Below, piece after piece: positions 17,752 to 27,435 of a stretch of DNA of 37,677 bases. The position numbers were made by a program, and so were the translations under genes. The notes under the pieces are model-generated. The model did not search any database. It was not told the DNA's origin and was given only the letters and a program-made list of their open reading frames with translations. Source of the stretch: a virus; the UHGV virus genome UHGV-0146994. One strand, written 5' to 3'. How positions within the stretch are numbered: the stretch's first letter is position 1; each line of letters opens with the position of its first letter.

Positions 17752-18138
17752 TTAAATCACGATTTAGCGCAGGGGCAGATCGAGTTTGACGTTGATGCTG
17801 CCGGCAAGGGCTTTTACCGTAAACGAGGTGCTGATACATGGCTCCCTTTTAACAGGAATCTTGTGCTTATGAATGGTACAGCTTCCTATGCTTACTCAGG
17901 AGTCAGCGGTACATACGCAGCATTGTTTGAGCTGGACAATTTTGACTTCACAAATTACAGACAGATTTCAATAAAAAATCTGTCAAATTTTAGCTATGAA
18001 GTAACCTGTGGCACAAAAGTATTTTCGTCAGACGGTACATATGATATAAGCGATTTAATGGCGGCAAAACTTAGGGTTATGTATCATGGTAATGTAGGGA
18101 ATCCGCCCATACAGCTCAGAATAGAACTGATACCGTAA
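17752..18138 (+). other. silent tail-fibre C-terminal cassette B (inverted)
   Basis: LNHDLAQGQIEFDVDAAGKGFYRKRGADTWLPF...LRIELIP* from site TAAATCACGATTTA (17753-17766). Confidence 0.88.
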
Positions 18139-18143
18139 TAGGA

Positions 18144-18614
18144 TTAGGCAGTTATGGCAATGACAGTGCCGGTCCATGTCATAGCCAAACAATGCTGTGT
18201 AGTACCAATACTTAATAATAATTTTCCGGTTGCTGTATTGTAATCTTTGGCTATAGTACATATCCCACCGGCGGTACTACCGAGCCGCAACTGTGCATTC
18301 GAAGGTTCAAAATAGCATGCCACAATTTTGCTGACATCAAGTCCCATATCATTCAGGTCGATTTCATTTTGATATGTATTTCCGCTATTACCCGTGGTGA
18401 CAGTAACTGTTTTGGTTGCTATTTTCATGATACCCTCCTTCAATTCCTGTAAATCGTGAATTAACTGTTTAGTCACCAACGCATCCGGTGTATATCCTGC
18501 CTCAGTAATTGCCGCATTATCGTTTACATTTTTTATAACTTTAGTTGGATTCAATCCGTTGTAATACTTATTCCCCTCTGAATCCTCGATTATCATATCT
18601 TTTACATATGCCAT
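18144..18614 (-). CDS. expressed tail-fibre/adhesin gene: ~50-aa constant N-terminus plus variable cassette A
   Basis: GGAGGG RBS; internal site TAATTCACGATTTA (18463-18450) encoding LIHDL in the same frame as the silent cassettes. Confidence 0.8.
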   Translation of the reverse strand: MAYVKDMIIEDSEGNKYYNGLNPTKVIKNVNDNAAITEAGYTPDALVTKQLIHDLQELKEGIMKIATKTVTVTTGNSGNTYQNEIDLNDMGLDVSKIVACYFEPSNAQLRLGSTAGGICTIAKDYNTATGKLLLSIGTTQHCLAMTWTGTVIAITA

Positions 18615-18629
18615 TCTTTATTCCCTCCC

Positions 18630-19331
18630 TCACAGAGTTTTGAAGAAAATATTTTTTTCGACACCGGATGCATAGGAAGCGCCTACTCTAATTCTGCCTC
18701 CGTCTTTCCCAGCCGGTCCCTGTGGCCCAGTCGGTCCGGCTGGTCCCTGCGGTCCCTGTGGTCCTGTTGCTCCAGTTGCACCTGTTGCCCCCTTTGGTCC
18801 TGTGGCACCTGCTGCCCCAGTTTCTCCTTTAGGCCCCTTAATACTGCATAAATAAATCCATTTAGCGGCCGCTGCTGCACCTGCAACAGTACATTTATAA
18901 ACATTTCCTGTGCTGCTATTAAGATACAAGTCATTTACGCGTGCGCTTGACACTCCACTTCCGCTAAAGATTGCAGCAGTCGTAGATGTTCCTGTAATAC
19001 CTGTTCCGTGATACCATAAACTTCCCGGAGTACCTGCTGCCCCCTGTGGTCCCGTTGGTCCCCGATCTCCGGTCGCACCTTTTTGTCCTGCCGGTCCCTG
19101 TGGGCCTGTGGCTCCAACCGGTCCCTGCGGGCCTGTGTCACCTGTCGTTCCTTTTGGACCTTGCGGGCCTGTGGCTCCAGTCTGTCCTTTTAATGTCCCA
19201 TTATCCAGTTTTTGCTGAAATGTTTGTCCATCTGCAAAATAAACCAATTCCGCAACAGTCTGTACATCTGCATCCCCTAACAAATTTCCATCATCATCGT
19301 ATAATTGTACTCTTACTTTATAAGCAGCCAT
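18630..19331 (-). CDS. collagen-like tail fibre protein
   Basis: Two Gly-X-Y repeat blocks. Confidence 0.88.
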   Translation of the reverse strand: MAAYKVRVQLYDDDGNLLGDADVQTVAELVYFADGQTFQQKLDNGTLKGQTGATGPQGPKGTTGDTGPQGPVGATGPQGPAGQKGATGDRGPTGPQGAAGTPGSLWYHGTGITGTSTTAAIFSGSGVSSARVNDLYLNSSTGNVYKCTVAGAAAAAKWIYLCSIKGPKGETGAAGATGPKGATGATGATGPQGPQGPAGPTGPQGPAGKDGGRIRVGASYASGVEKNIFFKTL

Positions 19332-19340
19332 GTCATCCTC

Positions 19341-20060
19341 CTAATTAATTAATCTGTATCCAACCGTAGGGCTGGCTTTTATTTCCGTTGTTCCCGGTGC
19401 TACCGCTTTTCCATTGACAACAAAATAAAATGTATTTGCGGTACGCTCACTTACCGGTATATTTCGTTCCGTTACTACAATGCGTGCATATCCTTCCTTT
19501 TCCAGGTCGGATATCATTTTTTTAACTTCTGCTTCCTGTGCAGCAAAAAATTGGTCAAACTCATGTTTGTACTGCACATTTTGCTCTGTGATTGCGTTCC
19601 ATAGCGTTTCAATTTTAATAATCTCCCGCAAATCCCGGAAACTGCTTACGCCATCTACACGCTTTATGTATTGACACCAGGGCATCTGATACAGCATTCC
19701 TCCATTATCCAGATCTTCCTGTGTCACTTCAGGATATCCCTTTTCGTCCAGCAGGACCCGGAAATAACCCTGTTTGAAATCGCTCGGCGTGTTTGTCTTT
19801 GACAGGTCTATCTCGAATACCACCTTGCAATACACCTGCCCGCTGATAACGCTTGGTGAAGGAATTGTCTCCACCCCCACAACCTGTACCCATCGTCCGC
19901 ATACTACAAAATATCCTTTCTGTACATATACATTATTCTCAGCAGTGCTGATTCCACATCCTTTCGTCACTCCGTTTGCTTTATTTAAAAAAGTATTCTG
20001 GAAATGTGCAAAGTCAGCGCTGGTATTAAGCTGTTCGGCAAATGTTATACCTCTGATCAC
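19341..20060 (-). CDS. baseplate/minor tail protein
   Basis: Position in tail module; FEIDLSKTN and QEDLDNGG..YQMP segments. Confidence 0.65.
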   Translation of the reverse strand: MIRGITFAEQLNTSADFAHFQNTFLNKANGVTKGCGISTAENNVYVQKGYFVVCGRWVQVVGVETIPSPSVISGQVYCKVVFEIDLSKTNTPSDFKQGYFRVLLDEKGYPEVTQEDLDNGGMLYQMPWCQYIKRVDGVSSFRDLREIIKIETLWNAITEQNVQYKHEFDQFFAAQEAEVKKMISDLEKEGYARIVVTERNIPVSERTANTFYFVVNGKAVAPGTTEIKASPTVGYRLIN

Positions 20061-21130
20061 TTTTCAAGCCTCCTTAATTTCTCTATCAGCGTAACCTGCA
20101 GATTCCCCAGTGCCACCTGATACAGATTAGAACTGCTGCTGCGCGTTAATCCTGTTATCATAGATTCCCTGATTCCGGCCTTCGTCCTGACTTTACACTG
20201 TTTACCCAAATACAGTTCTTCAGCAGGATAAAGTTTAGAAGGGATAATGTTGAATGTAATTTTATGATTATACGAGTTTGCCGAAAAAGCATCATATACC
20301 GCCTGCAGCATCTCCTGTTCTGTTGCCGTTTCCACATATAAACTGTCAATGGAACCCTTTGCTCTATCCCTGGAATTTTTATCTTCTGAAATTGTTCTGT
20401 CTGCCAGAAGAAAAAATTCACGTATATGCACCGCTCCTATTATGGGATTCCCCACTTCATCCTCAGCATCCGGTATCTTCCATCTGACTTTAAGCTTTGA
20501 TAATACAGTGACTTCATAAGTTTCATTGTAATCTGTTATGTCTGATACATCTGTAGCGATATTCATAGGAGTATTCGCTTTCTTGTAGATCCGTATCAGC
20601 AATGCTGCACCGCTGAATTCAAAATCAGTAAATATCCCATAATATTGCCTGCAGTTTCCCAGAAATGTTTTCAGATTATAGATTCCGTTATCCGTATCAA
20701 CCCTTTTTGCTAATTTTGTATGTGTATCAACGGAAACCCGTATAAACTTTTTATCCGTCAGTTCATCACCCGCAGAAACAAAATTATTCATTATTTCTTC
20801 AGCAATAAAATCCTCTATCCCCTGTGACAAAATAATTTCATCGTTTCCACAGAATATTTTCCTGTCAAATAATGTTTCCTTCTGCCTTAGATTTATTGTA
20901 TAGTTCGTTGTCAGACTGCTATTATCACAGGTATCACAAATTCCGGTAAAGAATACCTGGTTATCATCATTTTTGAGCAACACAAAATCGTCATCTGCTA
21001 TATCTGGCTGCCTTGACACTTCCAGACTTCCCTTATTGGTATAATCAATATCTTCCTTCAATTCATATGAATTGAATTGAAGGATATCCTTAATTGACAA
21101 ATCCATGCTGTCTAAAATATAAGCAATCAT
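20057..21130 (-). CDS. Tal-like/minor tail protein
   Basis: Second gene after the tape measure gene; size and position. Confidence 0.65.
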   Translation of the reverse strand: MIAYILDSMDLSIKDILQFNSYELKEDIDYTNKGSLEVSRQPDIADDDFVLLKNDDNQVFFTGICDTCDNSSLTTNYTINLRQKETLFDRKIFCGNDEIILSQGIEDFIAEEIMNNFVSAGDELTDKKFIRVSVDTHTKLAKRVDTDNGIYNLKTFLGNCRQYYGIFTDFEFSGAALLIRIYKKANTPMNIATDVSDITDYNETYEVTVLSKLKVRWKIPDAEDEVGNPIIGAVHIREFFLLADRTISEDKNSRDRAKGSIDSLYVETATEQEMLQAVYDAFSANSYNHKITFNIIPSKLYPAEELYLGKQCKVRTKAGIRESMITGLTRSSSSNLYQVALGNLQVTLIEKLRRLEK

Positions 21131-21139
21131 AGATACCTC

Positions 21140-21976
21140 CTATACCGTTTTGTAAAACTGATAAATCTGCATTATCGTCTTATTGGTAACACCTGTAGTA
21201 CTGGTAAAACGCACAAGACACTCCCCTGTTGGCAGCTTAAAAAAATTCGTATTATTAATATCAAGGGTTGATGCAATATTTTCCTGCCTTCCGTCTGCAT
21301 ATATCTTGTAACAATACAAGTCCCCGTCCAGTGAACTGTACAGTATGCGTTCTCTCTCTTGCAGGATTACATCAAATTGCACCTTTGACAGTATCGCTCC
21401 ATTGACTACTATCTCAATCACTGGATTCTCTGTGTAACCAAAAATCTCAGCTGTAAAAGATGCAGGAACATGTCCCTTGTTATCAAAAATAACTGTACGC
21501 TCACTATAATCATTAAACCTGGCCGGCCAGCGGAAGTCGAATCGCAGCTCCCCTTCACTCCGCTCAATTACGAATCTGTCCTCTTTATTAATATAGAAAA
21601 GGCTCCTGCACTTAAATGATACTGTACAGGATAACACTCCTTTTCCCATTTCCCCCTTGTCAATAGACACCATGTCTACATCACGGAAATACTCGCCAGT
21701 AAACGGAACATATACAATTCTAAGCTTCTGGGCTGAATTAACAAAATCTACATACTTTTCATAACTTTCATACGGGTTTCTTCCTCCAAACACAAGCGTG
21801 CCTTTTATATCTGCCTGATTGGTATTCATGTAGCTGTTAAGATAGCTGTTCCCTATATTTACGTAATTTGCTTTCATGCTGTATCCCAGCCCGGAAGGGG
21901 ATGTCAGGAACCCAACATCCGGGCTGTTTAAGTTAAGCCTTACTCCATATTCGTTTTCCAGATAGAATTTGCGCAT
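21140..21976 (-). CDS. distal tail protein (Dit)
   Basis: Immediately after TMP; C-terminal FFKLPTG. Confidence 0.75.
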   Translation of the reverse strand: MRKFYLENEYGVRLNLNSPDVGFLTSPSGLGYSMKANYVNIGNSYLNSYMNTNQADIKGTLVFGGRNPYESYEKYVDFVNSAQKLRIVYVPFTGEYFRDVDMVSIDKGEMGKGVLSCTVSFKCRSLFYINKEDRFVIERSEGELRFDFRWPARFNDYSERTVIFDNKGHVPASFTAEIFGYTENPVIEIVVNGAILSKVQFDVILQERERILYSSLDGDLYCYKIYADGRQENIASTLDINNTNFFKLPTGECLVRFTSTTGVTNKTIMQIYQFYKTV

Positions 21977-24792
21977 TATAACCTCTTTCCAAGCTGTTCG
22001 TTTACCTCATCCACCAGTAATTTGTTTCCAACAGTTACAATATTATGGTTTACAAACGTTGGCTGCATAACAGCAGTTCCATCCATTCCAACAGTAAGCG
22101 CCATGTCGGAAGTTAATGCTTTCAGCTGGGCCTGTATCCTCCACATATTCGCCTTGATTCCTGCTGCCAGTCCCTTCATCATATCCGGCATCCATTTTTC
22201 ATACTCTCTAAGCGGTCCTTCATCCGGCCGCGAGAAATGAAGGAATGACCGGATTTTATCTGCCACACTTTCAACGGCATCCTGTACAGCGCCGATCATG
22301 CTTCTTATACCATCAACTAACCCCTGAATCATATCCTTTCCCCACTGGAGGAACTTATCTGGCAGGCTTGTAATAAATTCTATTGCTTTATTCAGGCCTT
22401 CCGTGATTGCGTCAACTACCTTGAGTACTGTGGTTTCCACACCTACTTTCATTTTTGTGAACATATCCACTGCAATCTTTTTCAGTTTCTCCGGCAATAG
22501 CCGCAGCCACTCCATGACACTGTTCCAAGCTTTTTTTATGCAGTTTGAAATATTGGTTCCGAACGTAATTACCGTAGTTAATATGGATGTCCAAGCTGTC
22601 AAAAAGATACCCTTAAGCGCTTCAAATACGCCCCCGAAATACAGTTTAATTCCTTCCCAAATGGTCTGTATCGCCAGCAGGATATTGTTCCATACCATAT
22701 CCATATCCAATTTTAGCTGGTCAAAATTTCCGGTAACCAAATCGCAGATGAATAGGACAGGGGCCATGACAATATTCTTAATCAGCTCCCATGCCCCGGA
22801 AAGAATCAGCTTTATTCCTTCCATTGCTTTCATAATTCCATCTTTGGCCGAATTCCAGAGTGTCATAATATTTCTGATTGTGGGTGACAGGATTCCCATA
22901 ACCACTGTTTTAATCGTCTCCCATGCCTCAGAAACCGTCTGTTTTATGCCTTCCCATAAATTGTTCCACCACGCAGGTATACCGCTGAAAAAGGCTATAA
23001 CAGCGTTCCATGCACCAGGTATGGATACGGTAAAAAAAAGCACCAACGATTCTATAACCGCTGCTGACGTCTGCTTAATATTCTCCCATAACGTTATCCA
23101 GAAATTTCTGAATCCTTCACAATTATTCCATAGAAATGTGAAAGCTGCCGTTAAAGCAGCTATGACCGCAATTGCGATTCCCACAGGCCCTGTCAATGCG
23201 GCGAAAGCCCCTTTTATAACTCCCAGTATTGGCCCCAGGGATGATGCAAGGCTCATAAGCGCGCCTATGCCCGTCGCTATTTTCCCAATAATGATTAGTA
23301 CCGGTCCAACTGCCGCCAGGACTAATGCAATAACCATAATCAGCTTTTTCTGCGTATCCGACAGGCCATTCAGCCAGTCTACCATTCCCTGTATATGGGT
23401 TACAACATCCCGTATAACCGGCATCAGCATATCCCCGAAACTGATTGCCAGTTCCTGAAGCTGGCTTTTCAGTATAGTTATCTGTCCGTTCAGGTTGTCC
23501 TGCATGGTTTCCGCCATGCTTTCCGAAGTCCCATCGCATTTATCAATAGCCGTACTTAATTTTTCAATATCGGCCGGCGCCGCCTGCATGACAGCCAGGA
23601 AACCACTCATGGCATTTTTCCCGACAATGCTTTCTGCATTACTTGCGGCCTCTGCCTCTGTCATTTGGGAAAAGCAAAATCTTAAGTCTGTGAGAATGTC
23701 TCCTAATTCCCTCATAGATCCATCTGCATTTGTGGTTGCAACTTCCATCACGCCCATAGATTCTGAAGAAAGTTTTACATTCCCGGCCAGGCTTGTAAGC
23801 ATGGTACGCAGTGATGTACCTGCCTGTGAAGCTTTGATTCCTGAATTTGCCATCAGGCCGATAGTCTCCGCGACATCCTCCACGGAAAAGCCCAGAGCAC
23901 CGGCGACTGGCGCGGCATACTTGAACGTTTCCCCCATCATGGATACATTGGTGTTCGCGTTACTGGATGCTGCCGCCAAAACATCCGCAAAGTGCCCGGA
24001 ATCAGCTGCGGTCAGCCCAAAAGCAGTCAAGGCATCTGTCACAATATCAGAAGTAACTGCCAACTCTTCCCCGGAAGCGGCGGCAAGATTCATAATGCCT
24101 TCAATACCGTCCAGCATATCCCCTGTTTTCCAGCCAGCCATAGCCATGTACTGGAATGCATCTGCAGCCTCGGAAGCGCTGAATTTAGTTTTTTCCCCCA
24201 TCTCCCGTGCTTTTTCCCGAAGCTGTTCAAATTCATCCCCTGTAGCTCCGCTGATTGCGGAAACTTTTGACATGGATTCATCAAAATCTGCCACAGTCAC
24301 AACCGCTGCGGTTCCCAAACCTGCAATTGCCGCAGTTACCGGCAGCAATTTCTTTCCCGCGGCCTCTACTTTTCCGCCGAATTCCTGAAGCTTATTCCCG
24401 GCAAGGCTTATATTTTGAAGCGTGGCATTTGACTTTTCAGCCTGTGATTCCAATGATTTCAGTTTCTGTTCTGTTTCCGCAATTTCCCTTTGCAGTCCGT
24501 TATACTGTTCCTGGCTTATCTTCCCTTCCGCAAACTGCTGCTGCGCCTGTTTTTCCGCCTCTTTTAGCGTGGCAAGCTTATCTTTTGTGTCAGATACAGC
24601 CTGAGCCAGAAGTTTTTGCTTCTGGCTCAGTAACTCGGTGTTTGAAGGATCTAATTTCAGGAGGCGTTCTACATCTTTCAGCTGGTCCTGCGTACTTTTT
24701 ATGTTTTTATTGGTATCCTTAAGTGCCTTGTCTAGTCCAGTGGTGTCCCCGCCGATCTCAATTGTTATGCCCTTAATTCTTCCGTTTCCCAT
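21976..24792 (-). CDS. tape measure protein (TP901-family core)
   Basis: RIKGITIEIGGDT N-terminus; TKFSASEAADA..YMAMAGW core; Trp-spaced repeats; HFSRPDEGPL. Confidence 0.95.
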   Translation of the reverse strand: MGNGRIKGITIEIGGDTTGLDKALKDTNKNIKSTQDQLKDVERLLKLDPSNTELLSQKQKLLAQAVSDTKDKLATLKEAEKQAQQQFAEGKISQEQYNGLQREIAETEQKLKSLESQAEKSNATLQNISLAGNKLQEFGGKVEAAGKKLLPVTAAIAGLGTAAVVTVADFDESMSKVSAISGATGDEFEQLREKAREMGEKTKFSASEAADAFQYMAMAGWKTGDMLDGIEGIMNLAAASGEELAVTSDIVTDALTAFGLTAADSGHFADVLAAASSNANTNVSMMGETFKYAAPVAGALGFSVEDVAETIGLMANSGIKASQAGTSLRTMLTSLAGNVKLSSESMGVMEVATTNADGSMRELGDILTDLRFCFSQMTEAEAASNAESIVGKNAMSGFLAVMQAAPADIEKLSTAIDKCDGTSESMAETMQDNLNGQITILKSQLQELAISFGDMLMPVIRDVVTHIQGMVDWLNGLSDTQKKLIMVIALVLAAVGPVLIIIGKIATGIGALMSLASSLGPILGVIKGAFAALTGPVGIAIAVIAALTAAFTFLWNNCEGFRNFWITLWENIKQTSAAVIESLVLFFTVSIPGAWNAVIAFFSGIPAWWNNLWEGIKQTVSEAWETIKTVVMGILSPTIRNIMTLWNSAKDGIMKAMEGIKLILSGAWELIKNIVMAPVLFICDLVTGNFDQLKLDMDMVWNNILLAIQTIWEGIKLYFGGVFEALKGIFLTAWTSILTTVITFGTNISNCIKKAWNSVMEWLRLLPEKLKKIAVDMFTKMKVGVETTVLKVVDAITEGLNKAIEFITSLPDKFLQWGKDMIQGLVDGIRSMIGAVQDAVESVADKIRSFLHFSRPDEGPLREYEKWMPDMMKGLAAGIKANMWRIQAQLKALTSDMALTVGMDGTAVMQPTFVNHNIVTVGNKLLVDEVNEQLGKRL

Positions 24793-24801
24793 CACGCCCT
24801 C

Positions 24802-24996
24802 CTAAAACCGGTCAAAATCTTCCTGCTGCGCCATCTGCGGATACTTATATTCGTCATTAATGCTCTCCGTATACATGTCAAGCACCAGCCCGATAGACAG
24901 CAGATCCAGGTCCCGGATTGCAATTCCCAGCTGGGAAGCCCGCAGCATAAACAGCGGCGTTGTCATTTCCCGGCTTGTTGGTTTCTGTTTTTTTTT
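24802..24996 (-). CDS. tail assembly chaperone -1 frameshift extension (gpT-like)
   Basis: Overlapping -1 frame (..KKQKPTSREMTTPLFMLR..QEDFDRF) entered at the A9 slippery run 24996-24988. Confidence 0.75.
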   Translation of the reverse strand, partial: KKKQKPTSREMTTPLFMLRASQLGIAIRDLDLLSIGLVLDMYTESINDEYKYPQMAQQEDFDRF

Positions 24997-25337
24997 GCTT
25001 CGCTGTCCTGCTTCATGTTTAATCCCCACAGTTCAAGGAGCTGCGGAAGGACGCTGTAAATTGAAAAAACATTAAACTGCTCAAGCCACTCCTCCGGCGT
25101 GTCCGGCTGTGAAGGGTCAGCGTGTTTTGCCATGATATATGCTACATTTTCAAACAGCTCAAGGTCCTCGATTTCAAGCCCCGATTCCTCTTCGTCAGAC
25201 TGGTCAACCGATTCTTTTAACCGGCTCAAGTCCTTAAAAATATCCCTGTGAAATGTTGCCCTGTATAATCTTGGCACGGTTGCTGACGCCCGGAATGGTA
25301 TCATTTTTCCATCCACTTCAATATCTTTCTTAATCAT
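24963..25337 (-). CDS. tail assembly chaperone (gpG-like)
   Basis: Between major tail and TMP genes; ends EAKKN over the slippery site. Confidence 0.85.
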   Translation of the reverse strand: MIKKDIEVDGKMIPFRASATVPRLYRATFHRDIFKDLSRLKESVDQSDEEESGLEIEDLELFENVAYIMAKHADPSQPDTPEEWLEQFNVFSIYSVLPQLLELWGLNMKQDSEAKKNRNQQAGK

Positions 25338-25349
25338 TGTTTTCTCCTT

Positions 25350-25925
25350 TTATACGCCAGGCGCAACTTCCGATGTCACATAAACGCTTTTGTACCATCC
25401 TTCATAAGTCTGTGGATCTGTTTCATCCCCTGTTTTTGCCTTAATCTGTCCATTGGAAAGCGCTGTGGCAGAAATTGTCAGGGTTTCCGTTGTCGGTTCT
25501 ACGGTATCTTCCTTCGTTTCTGATTCAATGCTTGGCCGCGTTGCTGCACAGTTATACAACACATGCCTAATTGCTTTCTGGTCCCCGTCAAACTCAAACA
25601 ACAGCGCAAATGATTTCTGCACCGCATCCGCGTTTTCAATCAGCACTTTTTTGCTGTCCAGTGTCTCGCCGAGAACATCCGTCCTGAAAGATTCCGGCAG
25701 CAGTGCAACTTCCAAATCCCCCTCGTAGCCGTTATTACTTGACGTTTTATAAAAGACAATGCCATCAGCATAAAACGGGCTGATTTCCCCCTGTGCGTCT
25801 AATGCAATGCTCACAGAACCCTTAATAGGCACCGGCGTGCCGAACGTGATTTCCCCCTCTGCACTTTCCGTCTGTACTGCATAATGTGTGTTTTTAAGAT
25901 TATATTTGACCTTATTCTTTGCCAC
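25350..25925 (-). CDS. major tail protein (phi13-like family)
   Basis: FYADG, GYEGDLE, FALLFEF, LYNC...RP. Confidence 0.9.
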   Translation of the reverse strand: MAKNKVKYNLKNTHYAVQTESAEGEITFGTPVPIKGSVSIALDAQGEISPFYADGIVFYKTSSNNGYEGDLEVALLPESFRTDVLGETLDSKKVLIENADAVQKSFALLFEFDGDQKAIRHVLYNCAATRPSIESETKEDTVEPTTETLTISATALSNGQIKAKTGDETDPQTYEGWYKSVYVTSEVAPGV

Positions 25926-26247
25926 TGATTAATACCTCCATTTCGTATAGCACTTCAAACATTCTCTCTGTTTCAATGTAACTCTCTGTTTTTTCAAAAT
26001 AAAAGCCATGCTCTGTGAGCACAGCTTCTACTTTTCCTTCTATATCCGGTTCCTTTTTTTCTGTATATAATTCTATATCCAGCCTGTTTACTGCCTGGTA
26101 TACAATGCCATCCGCAGAAAAATTGTTGCTCTCTGGATACAGATACACCATAAAAGGAGGATCTGGTGACTGGCCCTCTTCAAAGTGATGGTATGCCACC
26201 GGAATACCGGCTTCTTTTATCATCTGCAATACATCTTCCATAGTCAT
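25912..26247 (-). CDS. tail completion/terminator protein
   Basis: AYHHF..PPF.VY..NF.ADG..Y; gene order. Confidence 0.75.
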   Translation of the reverse strand: MTMEDVLQMIKEAGIPVAYHHFEEGQSPDPPFMVYLYPESNNFSADGIVYQAVNRLDIELYTEKKEPDIEGKVEAVLTEHGFYFEKTESYIETERMFEVLYEMEVLISGKE

Positions 26248-26636
26248 TTTGACAGCCTCGCTTTCAACCTTTTTTCATACTCTTTTGCCGCCTGCTGTTC
26301 GGCAGGGGCAATATGTGGTATTCCTGCCACCCTGTCCCCGCCTCTTTTGGCATGTCCCTTTTCAAGTAAGTGTGTAAGCCCCGGCTTTTTTCGGTTATAT
26401 ACCTGTATTCCGATAGCAGATGATTTTTCGCGTTCTATGGTAGATGTCCAGCCCGCATTATAATGCCCTTTACGACTTCCACGCCCTTTAGGTGATGTTT
26501 TTTTCAATTCCTCTGCAGTTTCTTTTGCTACCGTTTTTGCCTCTTCCTTCATGTCCTCGGTCACATCTGCGGCATATTCTTCCATTAACTTTGCAATTTC
26601 AGAAGCAAGAGCACCTATTTTAGTTCCTGACACAAC
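26244..26636 (-). CDS. HK97 gp10-like neck protein
   Basis: SP...[18 protein letters not shown]; start approximate. Confidence 0.8.
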   Translation of the reverse strand, partial: VVSGTKIGALASEIAKLMEEYAADVTEDMKEEAKTVAKETAEELKKTSPKGRGSRKGHYNAGWTSTIEREKSSAIGIQVYNRKKPGLTHLLEKGHAKRGGDRVAGIPHIAPAEQQAAKEYEKRLKARLSK

Positions 26637-26637
26637 A

Positions 26638-26967
26638 TCACTCCTTCGCCGTAGCCCTGATTTTAATAGTTTCATTTTTGTACTGTACGTTATCAATGCT
26701 GTTGATATTGTACTCCCGGCCTCGATGCATCACCCGGTATCCTTTCGTGCTCATGGAACCCAGCAACGGATGATACCGCAGCACAAACATGACCGTATTT
26801 TGTGATTGTGTCTGCGCAGCTTCCCAATATTCCGAACCGGAGAGATTATTCATATACGCATAACCTTTGTAATATTCAACCCATGCAACAACCTGGTTTC
26901 CGATCTCATCCTCCGTGTACCCGCTTTTCTCAATCGTTACCGGTTCCCGGTACGCTCCTGCATTCAT
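26638..26967 (-). CDS. head closure protein (SPP1 gp16-like)
   Basis: DEIGN, GSEYWEA, F.LRY, YNI.SID. Confidence 0.85.
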   Translation of the reverse strand: MNAGAYREPVTIEKSGYTEDEIGNQVVAWVEYYKGYAYMNNLSGSEYWEAAQTQSQNTVMFVLRYHPLLGSMSTKGYRVMHRGREYNINSIDNVQYKNETIKIRATAKE

Positions 26968-26979
26968 TCCATCACCACC

Positions 26980-27276
26980 TTATAACAGGTTAACGCAGTA
27001 CATACCCAGAATGGTATCCACCACACGGTTCACACTGCTTTTATCTACTGTCATCTGCCGGTTATCGTACATGTCCGATATGATGACAAGGACAGCAATC
27101 GTAATATCCTCATGGGCGTCAATCGCAGCATCATCCAGTCCAGTATAACCCTTCACGTACTCCACAGCCGCTTTCTGCAGGATGACAAGATGCTGCCTGT
27201 CATCTTCCGTCAAATAAGCCTCATCTGCCCGAATCTGCCTGCAGATATCACTCAGCTTTATCTCGCTTACCTTCAT
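26980..27276 (-). CDS. head-tail connector (gp6-like)
   Basis: AA.EYV..YTG, AVLV.ISDMYDNR. Confidence 0.85.
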   Translation of the reverse strand: MKVSEIKLSDICRQIRADEAYLTEDDRQHLVILQKAAVEYVKGYTGLDDAAIDAHEDITIAVLVIISDMYDNRQMTVDKSSVNRVVDTILGMYCVNLL

Positions 27277-27424
27277 TTTTTGCGCCCCTTTTCTGCGGCG
27301 GCACCTGGTCAATATAACCTGCCTGGGCGAGGTCACGAATCAATTCCATATCCGTAAGTTCCCTGACCTCACCCATATGCATTGACACCCGCCCTGTAAA
27401 AGATTTCAATGCTTTAACCTTCAT
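27248..27424 (-). CDS. small protein after the major capsid gene
   Basis: Manual translation MKVKALKSFTGRVSMHMGEVREL...AGYI; AAGGAGG RBS. Confidence 0.7.
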   Translation of the reverse strand: MKVKALKSFTGRVSMHMGEVRELTDMELIRDLAQAGYIDQVPPQKRGAKNEGKRDKAE

Positions 27425-27435
27425 ATTCTGCCTCC

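Noticed and set aside
12277..18138. Diversity-generating retroelement (paralogous fibre ends as TR/VR)
   Set aside because: No reverse transcriptase in the window; differences between cassettes B and C are not adenine-specific; a shared crossover site explains them better
17863..18138. Stand-alone 91-aa genes at 17863-18138 and 12277-12552 as in the ORF track
   Set aside because: No convincing RBS; frames and homology extend upstream to the LNHDL site, so they are treated as silent cassettes
18680..19190. Low-complexity DNA repeats
   Set aside because: Explained by collagen Gly-X-Y coding
22403..24388. Long plus-strand ORFs (351 aa, 297 aa) and similar shadow ORFs across the late region
   Set aside because: Antisense to well-supported structural genes, with no recognisable motifs
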